Shown here: positions 1-9,480 of the stretch, one piece after another
Layout of the letters: each line of letters opens with the position of its first letter
How positions within the stretch are numbered: the stretch's first letter is position 1
NCBI GenBank assembly: GCA_964477685.1
Contig: CAYZHK010000001.1
Coordinates: 1 to 60,090 of the forward strand
DNA length: 60,090 nucleotides
Reading direction: 5' to 3'
Origin: an uncultured Nitrososphaerota archaeon
GTDB taxonomy: Archaea > Thermoproteota > Methanomethylicia > Methanomethylicales > Methanomethylicaceae
Made by a program: the position numbers and the translations under genes
The notes under the pieces: generated by a model
The model's input: the letters and a program-made list of their open reading frames with translations, nothing else
Database searches by the model: none
What the model was told of the DNA's origin: nothing

Positions 1-693
1 TGGACATCCCAGAATGGCACCACTACGACCCTTGGCGGCAACTGGACAGTAACAGCCAATTACACAAAGCAACACCTCGTCTCCTTCAGCACTGGTTTGG
101 GCGGTTCAGTGAATCCATCTGGAAGCAACTGGTATGACCTTGCAAGCATTATAGATATCTCCGCAACCGCCGACCAAGACTACAAATTTGTCAACTGGTC
201 CTCTACGGGCTACATCTATTTCATGACTGGCTCCACTAACAGTAATACATCTGTATATATCAACGGCGGGGGCACAGTTACAGCCAACTTTCAACTATTT
301 GACATTACTCCCCCCACAGTAATGGGAATTAGCCCAGCTAATGGCAGCAAGGTAATAACCAACCAGACAACGATAGGCGCTTCTTACTCGGATAGAATTG
401 CCATAGACGTAGCATCGGTCGTTCTGAAAGTGGATGGCAATGATGTCACGTCAGCGGTCTCGGTCACCTCGACAGGGGTCAGCTACCCTGTAACGCTGGC
501 TAATGGAACCCACGATGTAGAGCTGACCGTCAAAGACATGTCTGGCAACCCAACAGTCGCTGCATGGTCGTTCACAATCAATGTATTGCCCCTTTCCGGC
601 GGCTTGCCAATCGAAATTATAGGTGGAATCGCCGTGGCTGGAGCTATCGGGATAGCAATCTTGGTATTTTTCGTGCGGAGGAAGGCGCTCTAA
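1..693 (+). CDS. Cell-surface protein, C-terminal part (frame open from the window edge); repeat/Ig-like domains and a C-terminal membrane anchor
   Basis: Frame 1 has no stop from nt 1 to TAA 691-693, so the tracked start at 97 is internal. Motifs such as GGSVNPSGSNWYD...DYKFVNWSS...GTVTANF resemble bacterial-repeat surface domains. The protein ends in the hydrophobic helix IIGGIAVAGAIGIAILVFFV followed by RRK. Confidence 0.6.
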   Translation, partial: WTSQNGTTTTLGGNWTVTANYTKQHLVSFSTGLGGSVNPSGSNWYDLASIIDISATADQDYKFVNWSSTGYIYFMTGSTNSNTSVYINGGGTVTANFQLFDITPPTVMGISPANGSKVITNQTTIGASYSDRIAIDVASVVLKVDGNDVTSAVSVTSTGVSYPVTLANGTHDVELTVKDMSGNPTVAAWSFTINVLPLSGGLPIEIIGGIAVAGAIGIAILVFFVRRKAL

Positions 694-708
694 TGGAAAA
701 TGATGATG

Positions 709-785
709 TGGTGCCCGAGGCCGGACTTGAACCAGCGACACTCCGGTCTTCAGCCGGATGCTCTCCCAGGCTGAGCTACTCGGGC
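709..785 (-). tRNA. tRNA-Phe (GAA), CCA encoded
   Basis: The reverse complement folds as GCCCGAG-TA-GCTC..GAGC-A-TCCGG-CTGAAGA-CCGGA-GTGTC-GCTGG-TTCAAGT-CCGGC-CTCGGGC-A-CCA. The anticodon loop CTGAAGA gives GAA. Confidence 0.9.
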
Positions 786-960
786 TTCCGTTGGTCTATT
801 GAGGAATGCCTTTTATAAGCCTTTTTTTGGCTCCCCACAACTAGATTTTTATTATATGGGCTACCATGTTACTCGGGGGCAATGCTCGCTCAGAGTTAAA
901 AGGACCGAAAGGGATGACTTGAAGGCATTAGTGATAGCCCCCAACCATCAGCATCGAACT

Positions 961-970
961 TTTTAAATAG
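961..970 (+). promoter_or_regulatory. TATA-like box upstream of tRNA-Gly
   Basis: TTTTAAATAG lies 26-35 nt upstream of the tRNA 5' end at 996, the usual archaeal TATA spacing. Confidence 0.45.
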
Positions 971-995
971 CCCCTCCGCAAATTGTCTCAAGGTT

Positions 996-1092
996 GCGGC
1001 CGTAGTCTAGCCTGGTCTAGGACGTTAGCCTGCCAAAGGCTAATGCCTGCCGAACGCTAAGAACCCGGGTTCAAATCCCGGCGGCCGCACCA
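996..1092 (+). tRNA. tRNA-Gly (GCC) with a ~19-nt intron in the anticodon loop, CCA encoded
   Basis: Acceptor GCGGCCG/CGGCCGC, T-arm CCGGG-TTCAAAT-CCCGG and anticodon stem TTAGC/GCTAA enclose 26 nt (CTGCCAAAGGCTAATGCCTGCCGAAC). That is a 7-nt loop (CTGCCA..) plus an intron. The exact splice sites could not be fixed by eye. Confidence 0.75.
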
Positions 1093-1252
1093 TTAAAGAT
1101 TCCATACGTTACATTTTTTAACCACAAACGCCAGTAGCAATTCTGTCGTTTCGGGGTGTTCATCACTGCAGCCCAGAGAAAAGACATCGGTCATAGACAG
1201 GCTTAGGAAGTATGTCAACAGCCATGTCGAGGTTCACCTCATTGATGGCCAG

Positions 1253-1615
1253 GTGATCAAGGGGAAGCTTGTCCAGATCGACGACGACCTCATGAACATC
1301 TTCATTGAGGGGTGCATGGATGCCAGCGGCAGGGTCTCGCCCGCCGCCGTCATAATGGGCAGCTCCATATCCCACGTCAACATAGTCTCCTTTCCGGTCG
1401 AGGAGTCCCTGGAGGAGAAGGTATTCCTGCTGCTGCTGAACAACGGAAACATGACCACCGACGAGATCGCCAAGATGCTCAACGAGAAGCCCGGCAGCGT
1501 CGTCTCCGCCATCAACCGGCTCAGAAAAAGGGGCCTGATCACCATGACAAGGGAACGGCTGCCGAAGAAGCTCGGGCGCTCGGGCTCAAAGGATTTTAAC
1601 CCGCGCACGGAATGA
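1253..1615 (+). CDS. Sm-fold plus winged-helix (MarR/ArsR-like) DNA-binding protein; the domain extends upstream of the tracked GTG start
   Basis: The C-terminal half LLLLNNGNMTTDEIAKMLNEKPGSVVSAINRLRKRGLI looks like a wHTH. The N-terminal part plus the in-frame upstream translation (IDRLRKYVNSHVEVHLIDGQVIKGKLVQIDDDLMNIFIEG) matches the Sm1 pattern. The frame is open back to nt 1097. Confidence 0.6.
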   Translation: MIKGKLVQIDDDLMNIFIEGCMDASGRVSPAAVIMGSSISHVNIVSFPVEESLEEKVFLLLLNNGNMTTDEIAKMLNEKPGSVVSAINRLRKRGLITMTRERLPKKLGRSGSKDFNPRTE

Positions 1616-1815
1616 TCAGCTTGGCGGGCGATGATGAAAAGTCCCAAAGACGCAAGGATGATTTGGATCTTGAGTGCAGGGAGCTCGCCATTTTGCGGCC
1701 GCTCCGCCGGGTGGCTTCATTGTCTCTAGCCTGCCAAAGCCATCGGCCCGTGCAAAACCGGCAGGTTGAACAGTAAAATCTTATTATATACAATATCAGA
1801 AATGAGAGCGTTCTG

Positions 1816-3069
1816 GTGTTGGCTTTGAATATTGCGCTCTTCACGTGGGAATACCCCCCCAAGATCGTGGGGGGCCTAGGGACCTATACCTATGAACTGA
1901 CAAGGCAGCTGGTCAAGATGGAGCAAAACATCTCTGTCTTCACCATGAACGACGGGAGCCTAAAGACCCGTGAATTGATGAACGGCGTCGAGGTCCACAG
2001 GCCAAAACTGATAGACATATCCGGCATGCTGCCCGAGGCAGTGACCGACGAAATCAAGAGATCCGGCTCAGGCCTCAAGAACTTTTCAGACGTGATGCTC
2101 TATAACATCCTGGCCAGCACGAAGATAGTCAGCGACCTTATTCCCCTTGAGAGGATGCACTTCGACGTGCTCTCGGTCCACGACTGGCTCTCCTCCATGG
2201 CAGGGATAGTTGTGAAGAGCAGCACCAACATCCCCATGGTCTTCCACCTCCACTCCACCGAAAAGGGGAGGAGCCTGGGCGATGGCTCGCGGATAATAGA
2301 CGAGCTGGAGCACAAGGCAGCTCAGGAAGCCGATAAGATCATAACAGTCTCCCATGCCATGAAGGGGGAACTCGTCTCCTATGGCTTCAGCTCCGAAAAG
2401 ATCGAGGTTGTCTGGAACGGCGTGGACCCCAACAAGTACTCCCCCGACAGCGTGCCCAAAGCCGCCATAGAGAAGGTCCGAGCCTCCTACGGCATAGCAC
2501 CGGAGGAGAAGATGATCCTCTACCTCGGCCGCCTGAGCGGCGTCAAAGGGGTTGACCGGCTGGTCATGGCTATGCAGAATGTCGTCCAGAACTTCCCCAA
2601 GACGAAGCTGGTCATTGTTGGGAAGGGGGAACTTGAGGGGGACCTGACCCGCCTCAGCGATAGCCTGGGCCTCAGCAACAACGTGATCTTCAACCTGAAC
2701 ATGATCCCGGAGCAGGAGCGCATCGCCCATTATGCAGCCTGTGACCTGGCGGTTTTCCCCAGCTTCTACGAGCCCTTCGGGATAGTGGCCTTGGAGGCCA
2801 TGGCAATGGAGAAGCCAATCGTCGTCGGGGCCCGAGGCGTGAGCGGGTTCAGGGAGATCGTTGTGGCATCGGGGACCGACATGACCGGCTACCACATCAA
2901 CCCCTACGACCCGCAGGATATAGCTTGGGGGGTGAAGAGCACCCTCTCGGACGAGAACCACATGAGGATGATGGGGAAAAACGGAAGGAAAAGGGTCCTG
3001 CAGGAGTTCACTTGGGAGAAGATCTCCAGGCAGGCATTCAAAGTTTACCAGAATGTAGCATCCAAGTGA
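1816..3069 (+). CDS. GT4-family glycosyltransferase, glycogen-synthase-like
   Basis: N-terminal FTWEYPPKIVGGLGTY, HDWLS, and C-terminal FPSFYEPFGIVALEAMA (E-x7-E type motif). Sits in the glycogen gene cluster. Confidence 0.8.
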   Translation: MLALNIALFTWEYPPKIVGGLGTYTYELTRQLVKMEQNISVFTMNDGSLKTRELMNGVEVHRPKLIDISGMLPEAVTDEIKRSGSGLKNFSDVMLYNILASTKIVSDLIPLERMHFDVLSVHDWLSSMAGIVVKSSTNIPMVFHLHSTEKGRSLGDGSRIIDELEHKAAQEADKIITVSHAMKGELVSYGFSSEKIEVVWNGVDPNKYSPDSVPKAAIEKVRASYGIAPEEKMILYLGRLSGVKGVDRLVMAMQNVVQNFPKTKLVIVGKGELEGDLTRLSDSLGLSNNVIFNLNMIPEQERIAHYAACDLAVFPSFYEPFGIVALEAMAMEKPIVVGARGVSGFREIVVASGTDMTGYHINPYDPQDIAWGVKSTLSDENHMRMMGKNGRKRVLQEFTWEKISRQAFKVYQNVASK

Positions 3070-3131
3070 TGCCCACTTGAAAAAGAAGTTCGTACCCCTG
3101 AAGGTCGCCCCTGCCGGCGAGCCATGGACGC

Positions 3132-5564
3132 GTGGTACCGATGGCTAGATATGTCTGTATCCACGGCCACTTCTACCAGCCCCCCCGGGAGAACCCGTGG
3201 CTGGAGAAGGTGGAGATGGAGGAGGGGGCTTCCCCATACCATGACTGGAACCACAGGATCACTGCCGAATGCTACGCCCCAAATGCCGCCTCCAGGATAA
3301 TGGATTCGCAGAACATGATCCTTGATATTGTCAACAACTATTCGCTCATCAGCTTCAACTTCGGCCCCACCCTCCTATCCTGGATGGAGCGCGAATCTCC
3401 AGAGGTGTACCGGTCCATCCTGGAGGCGGACACGAAAAGCATGTCCAACTTCTCCGGCCATGGCTCTGCCTTGGCCCTGCCCTACAACCATATCATAATG
3501 CCCCTCGCCAACCTGAGGGACAAAAAGACCCAGGTGCTCTGGGGCATAAGGGATTTTTCACTGCGCTTCGGGAGGCGCCCCCAGGGGATGTGGCTTCCCG
3601 AGACTGCCGTCGACCTTGAGACCCTGGAGGTCCTGGCTGAAGAGGGGATCGAATTCACCATCCTGGCACCCCACCAGGCTTCAGCACTCCGAAGCCTGGA
3701 CGGTGGCGACTGGACCGAGGTCAGGGAGGGCAATATCGACACCAAGGTCCCATACCTGTGCAGGCTCGCCTCCGGGAGGTCCATCGCCATCTTCTTCTAC
3801 AACCAGCAGATCTCCAACGGAGTCGCATTCTCAACCCTTTTGGCCAACGGCGAGGGATTGGCAAAGACGATAATGGGGGCGTTCTCGGACGACACCCAGG
3901 CCGACCAGTTGGTCCACTTCGCCACTGACGGCGAAACCTACGGCCACCACTATAAATTCGGCGAGATGGCCCTCTCCTACTGCCTCCACAGCATCCGCGA
4001 GGGCGGAAAGGCAAAGATAACCAACTATGGGGAGCACCTGGCTCGCAGCCCTCCCAGACATGAGGTGAGGATTCGCGAAAACACTTCATGGAGCTGTCCC
4101 CACGGCATCGAAAGGTGGAGGAGCAACTGCGGCTGCAGCGTCAGTGGAAGGGGCAGCCAGGCGTGGAGGAAGCCGCTGAGGGAAGTGATGGACTGGCTCC
4201 GCGATTCGCTCTCCGGGCTCTATGAGGCCGAGGCCTCCAAGTACCTCCTTGACCCCTGGTCTGCAAGGGACGAGTACATAGCTGCAGTTATGGATAGGGG
4301 GAGGGGGAACGTCGAGGCATTCCTCAGGAGCCATTCTAGGAGGGATCTCTCCCAGGAGGAAATGGTCAGTGCGCTGAGGCTCCTGGAGCTGCAGCGGAAC
4401 GCGATGCTCATGTACACGAGCTGCGGGTGGTACTTTGACGACATATCCGGCCTTGAGGCCAAGCTTGTGATGAAGTATGCGGCCCGCAGCATCCAGCTTG
4501 CCCGGGACGTCTCCGGAATCGACCTCGAGGGGGGCTATTTGGAGAGGCTGAGAGTTGCCCGCAGCGGCAGCGGTGAACTGCTCAGCGGGGCAGATATTTA
4601 CCTGAGGGCCATAAAGCCCGAGGTCACCGACCTGATGAAGGTTTGCGTGCACTATGCGATCTCGTCCATATTCAACAGCCACGGCGGCGAGGCCACGAAG
4701 GTCTTCTCCTACACCGTCAGGGACGAGGCCTTCCTCCCGATGAGGGTGGGGAGGTTAACACTTCTCATAGGCCGCTCGAAGATCACATCGGACATCACCT
4801 GGGAGAGCCAGACTGCCAGCTATGCCGTCCTATGGCTGGGCGGCAACATGATCTATGGGGGCGCCAGGGCCGACATGAGCCTTGAGCAGTTCCATTTGGC
4901 CCGCGACAACCTCCAACGCGCCTTTGGGGAGGGCGAGATCCACCAGGTGATTTCGGCCATAACGGAGAGGTTCAGGACCCCAACCTGCCCGCCCTGCACG
5001 CTCAAGGACCTCTTCAAGGACAAACAGATCGAGATCATCGGCAGAACCCTACAGGCGACCGTAGAGAGGGTCACAGACTCCTACTTGCAGATCTTCAATG
5101 AGAACCGCTCGGCGCTCGAGACCCTTTCGGGCCTTGGCGCCAAGCCCCCCTTGGAGCTGCAGGCGGCCGCCGAGGTAATCCTCACCAAGGAGGCAGTCAC
5201 ACTGTTGGCCAGGGAAAAGGTCGATCTGGCCAAGCTCGAATCCATCCTCCGGGACGTGAAAAATCTTCAGATGGTGCTCGGCAGGGAGATGATCGCGATG
5301 GAAGCCCAGCGGAGAATCGAGGCCGATGTGGAAGCCCTTGCAGGGGATCCTTGGAGCATGGAAAAGGCTGAAACCCTCGACCGCCTCATCTCGCTGACCC
5401 TCCAGATGGGCCTCCCACTCAACCTCTGGAGGGCCCAGAACAAATGGTACTACCTTGTGGAGCGGCTAAAATCCGGGGCCGCCGGCAGGGGCAGTGGCAT
5501 TCCACCCGCCCCGTTTCCAGAGCCGTTCGCAAGGATCTCAGAGCATCTGAGGGTAAGGCTCTAG
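3132..5564 (+). CDS. Glycoside hydrolase family 57 protein with a long C-terminal (DUF3536-like) region
   Basis: N-terminus MARYVCIHGHFYQPPRENPW is the GH57 signature. The ATG at 3141 is the likelier start. 810 aa. Confidence 0.85.
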   Translation: MVPMARYVCIHGHFYQPPRENPWLEKVEMEEGASPYHDWNHRITAECYAPNAASRIMDSQNMILDIVNNYSLISFNFGPTLLSWMERESPEVYRSILEADTKSMSNFSGHGSALALPYNHIIMPLANLRDKKTQVLWGIRDFSLRFGRRPQGMWLPETAVDLETLEVLAEEGIEFTILAPHQASALRSLDGGDWTEVREGNIDTKVPYLCRLASGRSIAIFFYNQQISNGVAFSTLLANGEGLAKTIMGAFSDDTQADQLVHFATDGETYGHHYKFGEMALSYCLHSIREGGKAKITNYGEHLARSPPRHEVRIRENTSWSCPHGIERWRSNCGCSVSGRGSQAWRKPLREVMDWLRDSLSGLYEAEASKYLLDPWSARDEYIAAVMDRGRGNVEAFLRSHSRRDLSQEEMVSALRLLELQRNAMLMYTSCGWYFDDISGLEAKLVMKYAARSIQLARDVSGIDLEGGYLERLRVARSGSGELLSGADIYLRAIKPEVTDLMKVCVHYAISSIFNSHGGEATKVFSYTVRDEAFLPMRVGRLTLLIGRSKITSDITWESQTASYAVLWLGGNMIYGGARADMSLEQFHLARDNLQRAFGEGEIHQVISAITERFRTPTCPPCTLKDLFKDKQIEIIGRTLQATVERVTDSYLQIFNENRSALETLSGLGAKPPLELQAAAEVILTKEAVTLLAREKVDLAKLESILRDVKNLQMVLGREMIAMEAQRRIEADVEALAGDPWSMEKAETLDRLISLTLQMGLPLNLWRAQNKWYYLVERLKSGAAGRGSGIPPAPFPEPFARISEHLRVRL

Positions 5565-5583
5565 GCTGCCGGGGTGATGACCA

Positions 5584-7080
5584 ATGGCTTTTCTCCAGAA
5601 CAGGTCCAGCGGGACACTCCTCCACATCAGCGTGCTGCCTTCGCCGTTTGGGATAGGGGATCTCGGCCCAACAGCCTATCGCTTCGCGGATATACTGGCC
5701 GAGGCAGGCCACCGCTACTGGCAGGTGCTCCCGCTCAACCCGACCAGCGTGGAGTGCGGCAATTCGCCCTACACCTCCGAATCGGGCTATGCCGGAAACC
5801 TCCTGTTCATAAGCCCCGAAAAATTAGCCAGCGGTGGTCTCCTCGGGGGCGATTGCTCTGTCTATGCCGCACCGGACAGCAGCAGCATCGACTATGGCGC
5901 GGCCACAAGGGCAAAGGAGGGCATCCTCAGGAAGGCATACCTGACCTTCAGGGTGCGGCGGAAGGACTTTGAAGACGATTACGGTGCATTCGAGGGGGCG
6001 CATTCGGGCTGGCTCGAGGACTATGCGCTCTACAAAGCCCTCTGGGACGGCTACGGGCAACCGTGGTACAGGTGGCCCGAGCACTTCAGGGCACATGAGG
6101 AGAGCCCGCTGAGGGCCCTCCAAGGCTCGGAGAACGTGCGCTTCCACAAGTTCTGCCAATACGCCTTCTTCAGCCAGTGGCAGGAACTCAAGGACCACTG
6201 CAGGGGGAGGGGGATCAGCCTGATAGGTGACCTCCCCTACTATGTGAGCCACGACAGCGCAGATGTCTGGGCAAACCAGAAGAGCTACAAACTGGGTCCA
6301 GACCACAAACCAACGGCTGTGAGCGGCGTTCCGCCCGACTATTTCAGCGCCAGCGGACAACTGTGGGGGCACCCCGTCTATGACTGGAACCGCATCCTGG
6401 AGGATGGCTTTGAGCTCTGGACCAGGAGGATAGGCCACAACCTGAAGCTCTTTGATGCCCTCAGGATCGACCACTTCAGAGGGCTTCTCGCATACTGGGA
6501 GGTCCCCGCCGGGGCGACCACTGCGGCCAAGGGCAAATGGGTCAAAATCCCCTCGGGCCTTGCCCTAGGGGCCCTCCAGAGGCGTTTCCCCTCCTTGCCT
6601 TTCATTGCAGAGGACCTCGGCATGATAACCGAGGATGTCAGGGATGCCATGAAGCGGCTTGGTCTTCCGGGTATGCGGGTGCTGATCTTTGGCTTTGACG
6701 GCGACCCGGCCAACCCCCACCTCCCCGCTAACCACCCCGAGAACTCCATTGCCTATACGGGGACCCATGACACGAACACTGCCAGGGGCTGGTACACGGA
6801 GGAGGCCAACGAAACCGTCCGCCGAATGCTCTTCAAACTCATCGGATCCCCCGTGCCGGAGGGGGAAATCAGCTGGGCCATGATGCGGCTGGCCTCCAGC
6901 TCGAGGGCAAGGCTCTCCGTCTTCCCCATCCAGGACATCCTCTCCCTGGGCTCCGAATCGAGGCTCAACCGCCCCTCGGTGGCCAAGGGCAACTATCTGT
7001 GGAGGCTGACGGCCAGCCAGCTCGAAGCCATTCCAGCCCAAAGGCTCCGGGAGATGGCGACCGAGAGCAACCGCATCTGA
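5584..7080 (+). CDS. malQ: 4-alpha-glucanotransferase (amylomaltase, GH77)
   Basis: SGTLLHISVLPSPFGIGDLGP, RIDHFRGL and AYTGTHDTNT are motifs typical of MalQ. Confidence 0.9.
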   Translation: MAFLQNRSSGTLLHISVLPSPFGIGDLGPTAYRFADILAEAGHRYWQVLPLNPTSVECGNSPYTSESGYAGNLLFISPEKLASGGLLGGDCSVYAAPDSSSIDYGAATRAKEGILRKAYLTFRVRRKDFEDDYGAFEGAHSGWLEDYALYKALWDGYGQPWYRWPEHFRAHEESPLRALQGSENVRFHKFCQYAFFSQWQELKDHCRGRGISLIGDLPYYVSHDSADVWANQKSYKLGPDHKPTAVSGVPPDYFSASGQLWGHPVYDWNRILEDGFELWTRRIGHNLKLFDALRIDHFRGLLAYWEVPAGATTAAKGKWVKIPSGLALGALQRRFPSLPFIAEDLGMITEDVRDAMKRLGLPGMRVLIFGFDGDPANPHLPANHPENSIAYTGTHDTNTARGWYTEEANETVRRMLFKLIGSPVPEGEISWAMMRLASSSRARLSVFPIQDILSLGSESRLNRPSVAKGNYLWRLTASQLEAIPAQRLREMATESNRI

Positions 7081-7198
7081 CGAAAGCTATTTCTGCCGAC
7101 CAAAGGGAACTAGATAGTATAGCCTGACGGCAATCCCTAAAGCGGGCGCTCCCGGAACCCTCCGATGGCAATGACCCTGCGCCTGCGGAGGGGAAATC

Positions 7199-9145
7199 AT
7201 GGTGATCTGGATGAGCGAGATTGTAACGAGGACCGACAAGGTTCTACCCTACAGGCTTTTTACGGATTATGATAGGTACCTCTTCAAGCAGGGGAGGCAT
7301 TGCCGCCTCTATGAAAAACTGGGCTCCCGGCCGCTGGAGGCCTTCGGCGAGAAGGGGGTCCATTTTGCGGTATGGGCCCCCAACGCCAAGGCGGTGAGCG
7401 TCATCGGCGATTTCAACCTCTGGAGGCATAACGAACACCGCCTCATGGCGGACCCCGAGTCTGGGGTGTGGGAGGGCTTCATCCCCAAGGTGGGGGAGGG
7501 TGCCCTCTACAAGTACAGGATCCAGACCCGAAGCGGGAGCAGCTTCGACAAGGGCGACCCCTTCGCCTTTCAGTGGGAAGTCCCGCCCAAGACCGCATCA
7601 ATTGTCTGCAGCCTCGGTCACCACTGGAGCGACCACGAGTGGATGGACAACCGGCAGAAGTTCAATTCCCTCACGTCTCCAATGACCCACTACGAAGTCC
7701 ACCTGGGCTCGTGGCGGAGGCATGCCGAAACAAACAGTTTCCTCGACTACCGGGAAGCCGGCGACCAGCTCTCCTCCTACGCCAACGAGATGGGCTTCAC
7801 CCACATCGAGCTCATGCCCATCATGGAGCACCCCTTCTACGGTTCATGGGGGTACCAGACAACGGGATACTTCGCCCCCACGAGCAGGTATGGAAAACCT
7901 TCTGATTTCATGTACTTTGTGGAGCGGCTCCACCAGAGGAGGGTGGGCCTGTACCTGGACTGGGTCCCCTCGCATTTCCCGTCGGACCAGTTCGGCCTGG
8001 CCTCCTTTGACGGCACCCCCCAGTACGAATATGTAGATCCGAAGAAGCGCTTTCATCCCGACTGGAAGAGCTTCATCTTCGACTATGGCAAGGGGGAGGT
8101 CCGGTCCTTCCTGACCAGCAGCGCCCTCTTCTGGCTCGACAGATACCACGCGGATGGGCTCAGGGTGGACGCTGTGGCCTCCATGATCTACCTGGACTAC
8201 TCCAGAAGGGCCGGCCAATGGTCCCCCAACATGTACGGCGGCAAAGAGAACCTCGAGGCCCTCTCATTCCTGAGGTGCCTGAACGAGGCCGTATACTCCT
8301 TCTATCCCAGCGCCCAGATGGTGGCCGAGGAATCCACTGCCTGGCCCATGGTTTCAAAGCCCACCTACCTCGGAGGACTGGGCTTCGGGATGAAGTGGAA
8401 CATGGGCTGGATGCATGACGCCCTCAATTATTTTTCCAGGGACCCCATCTACCGCAAATACCACCACAACCTTCTCACCTTCAGCATCTGGTATGCCTTC
8501 TCCGAGAACTTCATCCTCTCGCTCTCCCACGATGAGGTCGTCTACGGCAAGGGCTCCCTGATGAAAAAGATGGCGGGAGATCCCTGGCAGAAATTCGCGA
8601 ACCTGCGCCTCCTCCTCGGCTACATGTACGCCCACCCCGGGAAGAAGCTCCTCTTCATGGGAAGCGAATTCGGCCAGTGGGACGAATGGTACCACGAGAG
8701 GAGCCTGGACTGGCACCTTCTGGACCACCCCCTTAACAGGGGGGTCCAGAGGTGGGTGAAGGACCTCAACAGTGCCCACAGGAGGGAGACCCCCCTCCAT
8801 GAGCTGGACTTTGAGGTTGGCGGCTTCGAATGGGTGGACTTCCAGGACTGGTCCCAGAGCATCATCAGCTTCATCAGGAAAGGGGGGGCTACCGGCGAGA
8901 CGATCCTGGTGGTCTGCAACTTCACCCCCATACCAAGGCGCAACTACCGGGTTGGAGTGCCGACGGCGGGCACCTGGACAGAGCTGCTCAATAGCGACGG
9001 ACGGGAATACGGCGGGAGCGGCCAGGGCAACCTCGGCGCCGTCAAGGCGGAAGAGGCTCCCTTCAAGGATCGGCCCTGCTCCCTCTCTCTGACCCTGCCG
9101 CCCTTGGCAGTCCTCTTCCTCAGATCGCCCCAGGCGCCCGACTGA
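7199..9145 (+). CDS. glgB: 1,4-alpha-glucan branching enzyme (GH13 type)
   Basis: HFAVWAPNAKAVSVIGDFNLW (CBM48), GLRVDAVASMIY, EESTAWP and LSHDEVV are GH13 conserved regions in GlgB order. 648 aa. Confidence 0.9.
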   Translation: MVIWMSEIVTRTDKVLPYRLFTDYDRYLFKQGRHCRLYEKLGSRPLEAFGEKGVHFAVWAPNAKAVSVIGDFNLWRHNEHRLMADPESGVWEGFIPKVGEGALYKYRIQTRSGSSFDKGDPFAFQWEVPPKTASIVCSLGHHWSDHEWMDNRQKFNSLTSPMTHYEVHLGSWRRHAETNSFLDYREAGDQLSSYANEMGFTHIELMPIMEHPFYGSWGYQTTGYFAPTSRYGKPSDFMYFVERLHQRRVGLYLDWVPSHFPSDQFGLASFDGTPQYEYVDPKKRFHPDWKSFIFDYGKGEVRSFLTSSALFWLDRYHADGLRVDAVASMIYLDYSRRAGQWSPNMYGGKENLEALSFLRCLNEAVYSFYPSAQMVAEESTAWPMVSKPTYLGGLGFGMKWNMGWMHDALNYFSRDPIYRKYHHNLLTFSIWYAFSENFILSLSHDEVVYGKGSLMKKMAGDPWQKFANLRLLLGYMYAHPGKKLLFMGSEFGQWDEWYHERSLDWHLLDHPLNRGVQRWVKDLNSAHRRETPLHELDFEVGGFEWVDFQDWSQSIISFIRKGGATGETILVVCNFTPIPRRNYRVGVPTAGTWTELLNSDGREYGGSGQGNLGAVKAEEAPFKDRPCSLSLTLPPLAVLFLRSPQAPD

Positions 9146-9176
9146 GCTGCCTGGAACGGCCAAAACCCCAGCAACA

Positions 9177-9467
9177 TTGGGAAAGAGTTATCTCCCCAGA
9201 TCGCATATTTTCATCTGGATCGCTATGAACGATGTTTATGAAGTGGCGCCATCCATGAGGCTTCTGATCGCGATGCACAACATGTCGTCCATCGACCAGC
9301 CGTCCGCACTGAACTTCAGCGAACTCACCGGAGTCTGTGGCATGTCCTACGACGAGCTCACCAAGGCATTAGATGAGCTTGTCTGCTATGGCTATGTGGT
9401 GAAGAACGACTCGACCTACCACCTCTCCAGGCTGGGCATCTCGGTAATCAGAAGCGTCTACACCTGA
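9177..9467 (+). CDS. Small winged-helix protein (putative regulator inside the glycogen cluster)
   Basis: FSELTGVCGMSYDELTKALDELVCYGYVVKNDSTYHLSRLG looks like HTH plus wing. The ATG at 9225 (MNDVYE) is the likelier start. Confidence 0.5.
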   Translation: MGKSYLPRSHIFIWIAMNDVYEVAPSMRLLIAMHNMSSIDQPSALNFSELTGVCGMSYDELTKALDELVCYGYVVKNDSTYHLSRLGISVIRSVYT

Positions 9468-9480
9468 TTGGGTAATTCCA

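Noticed and set aside
840-960. A possible small ncRNA between the divergent tRNA-Phe and tRNA-Gly genes.
   Set aside because: Only TATA-like tracts (promoters for the two tRNAs) and weak stems are visible. No recognisable RNA family signature.
996-1092. Reading the intron-containing tRNA as tRNA-Trp (CCA), since archaeal tRNA-Trp often has an intron.
   Set aside because: A CCA anticodon would need the loop TGCCAAA with G at position 33 and a shifted stem. The register with U33 gives GCC (Gly) for both copies of the repeated heptamer.
2086-2961. Long antisense or off-frame ORFs throughout the GC-rich genes. Examples: 2086-2961 (-), 8354-9163 (-), 12208-12744 (+), 13391-14137 (+), 19015-19680 (-), 25526-26350 (+), 52573-53151 (-).
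   Set aside because: They lie entirely inside strongly supported genes on the other strand or frame. Their translations are R/G/P/A-rich with no motifs. These are typical shadow ORFs of GC-rich coding DNA.
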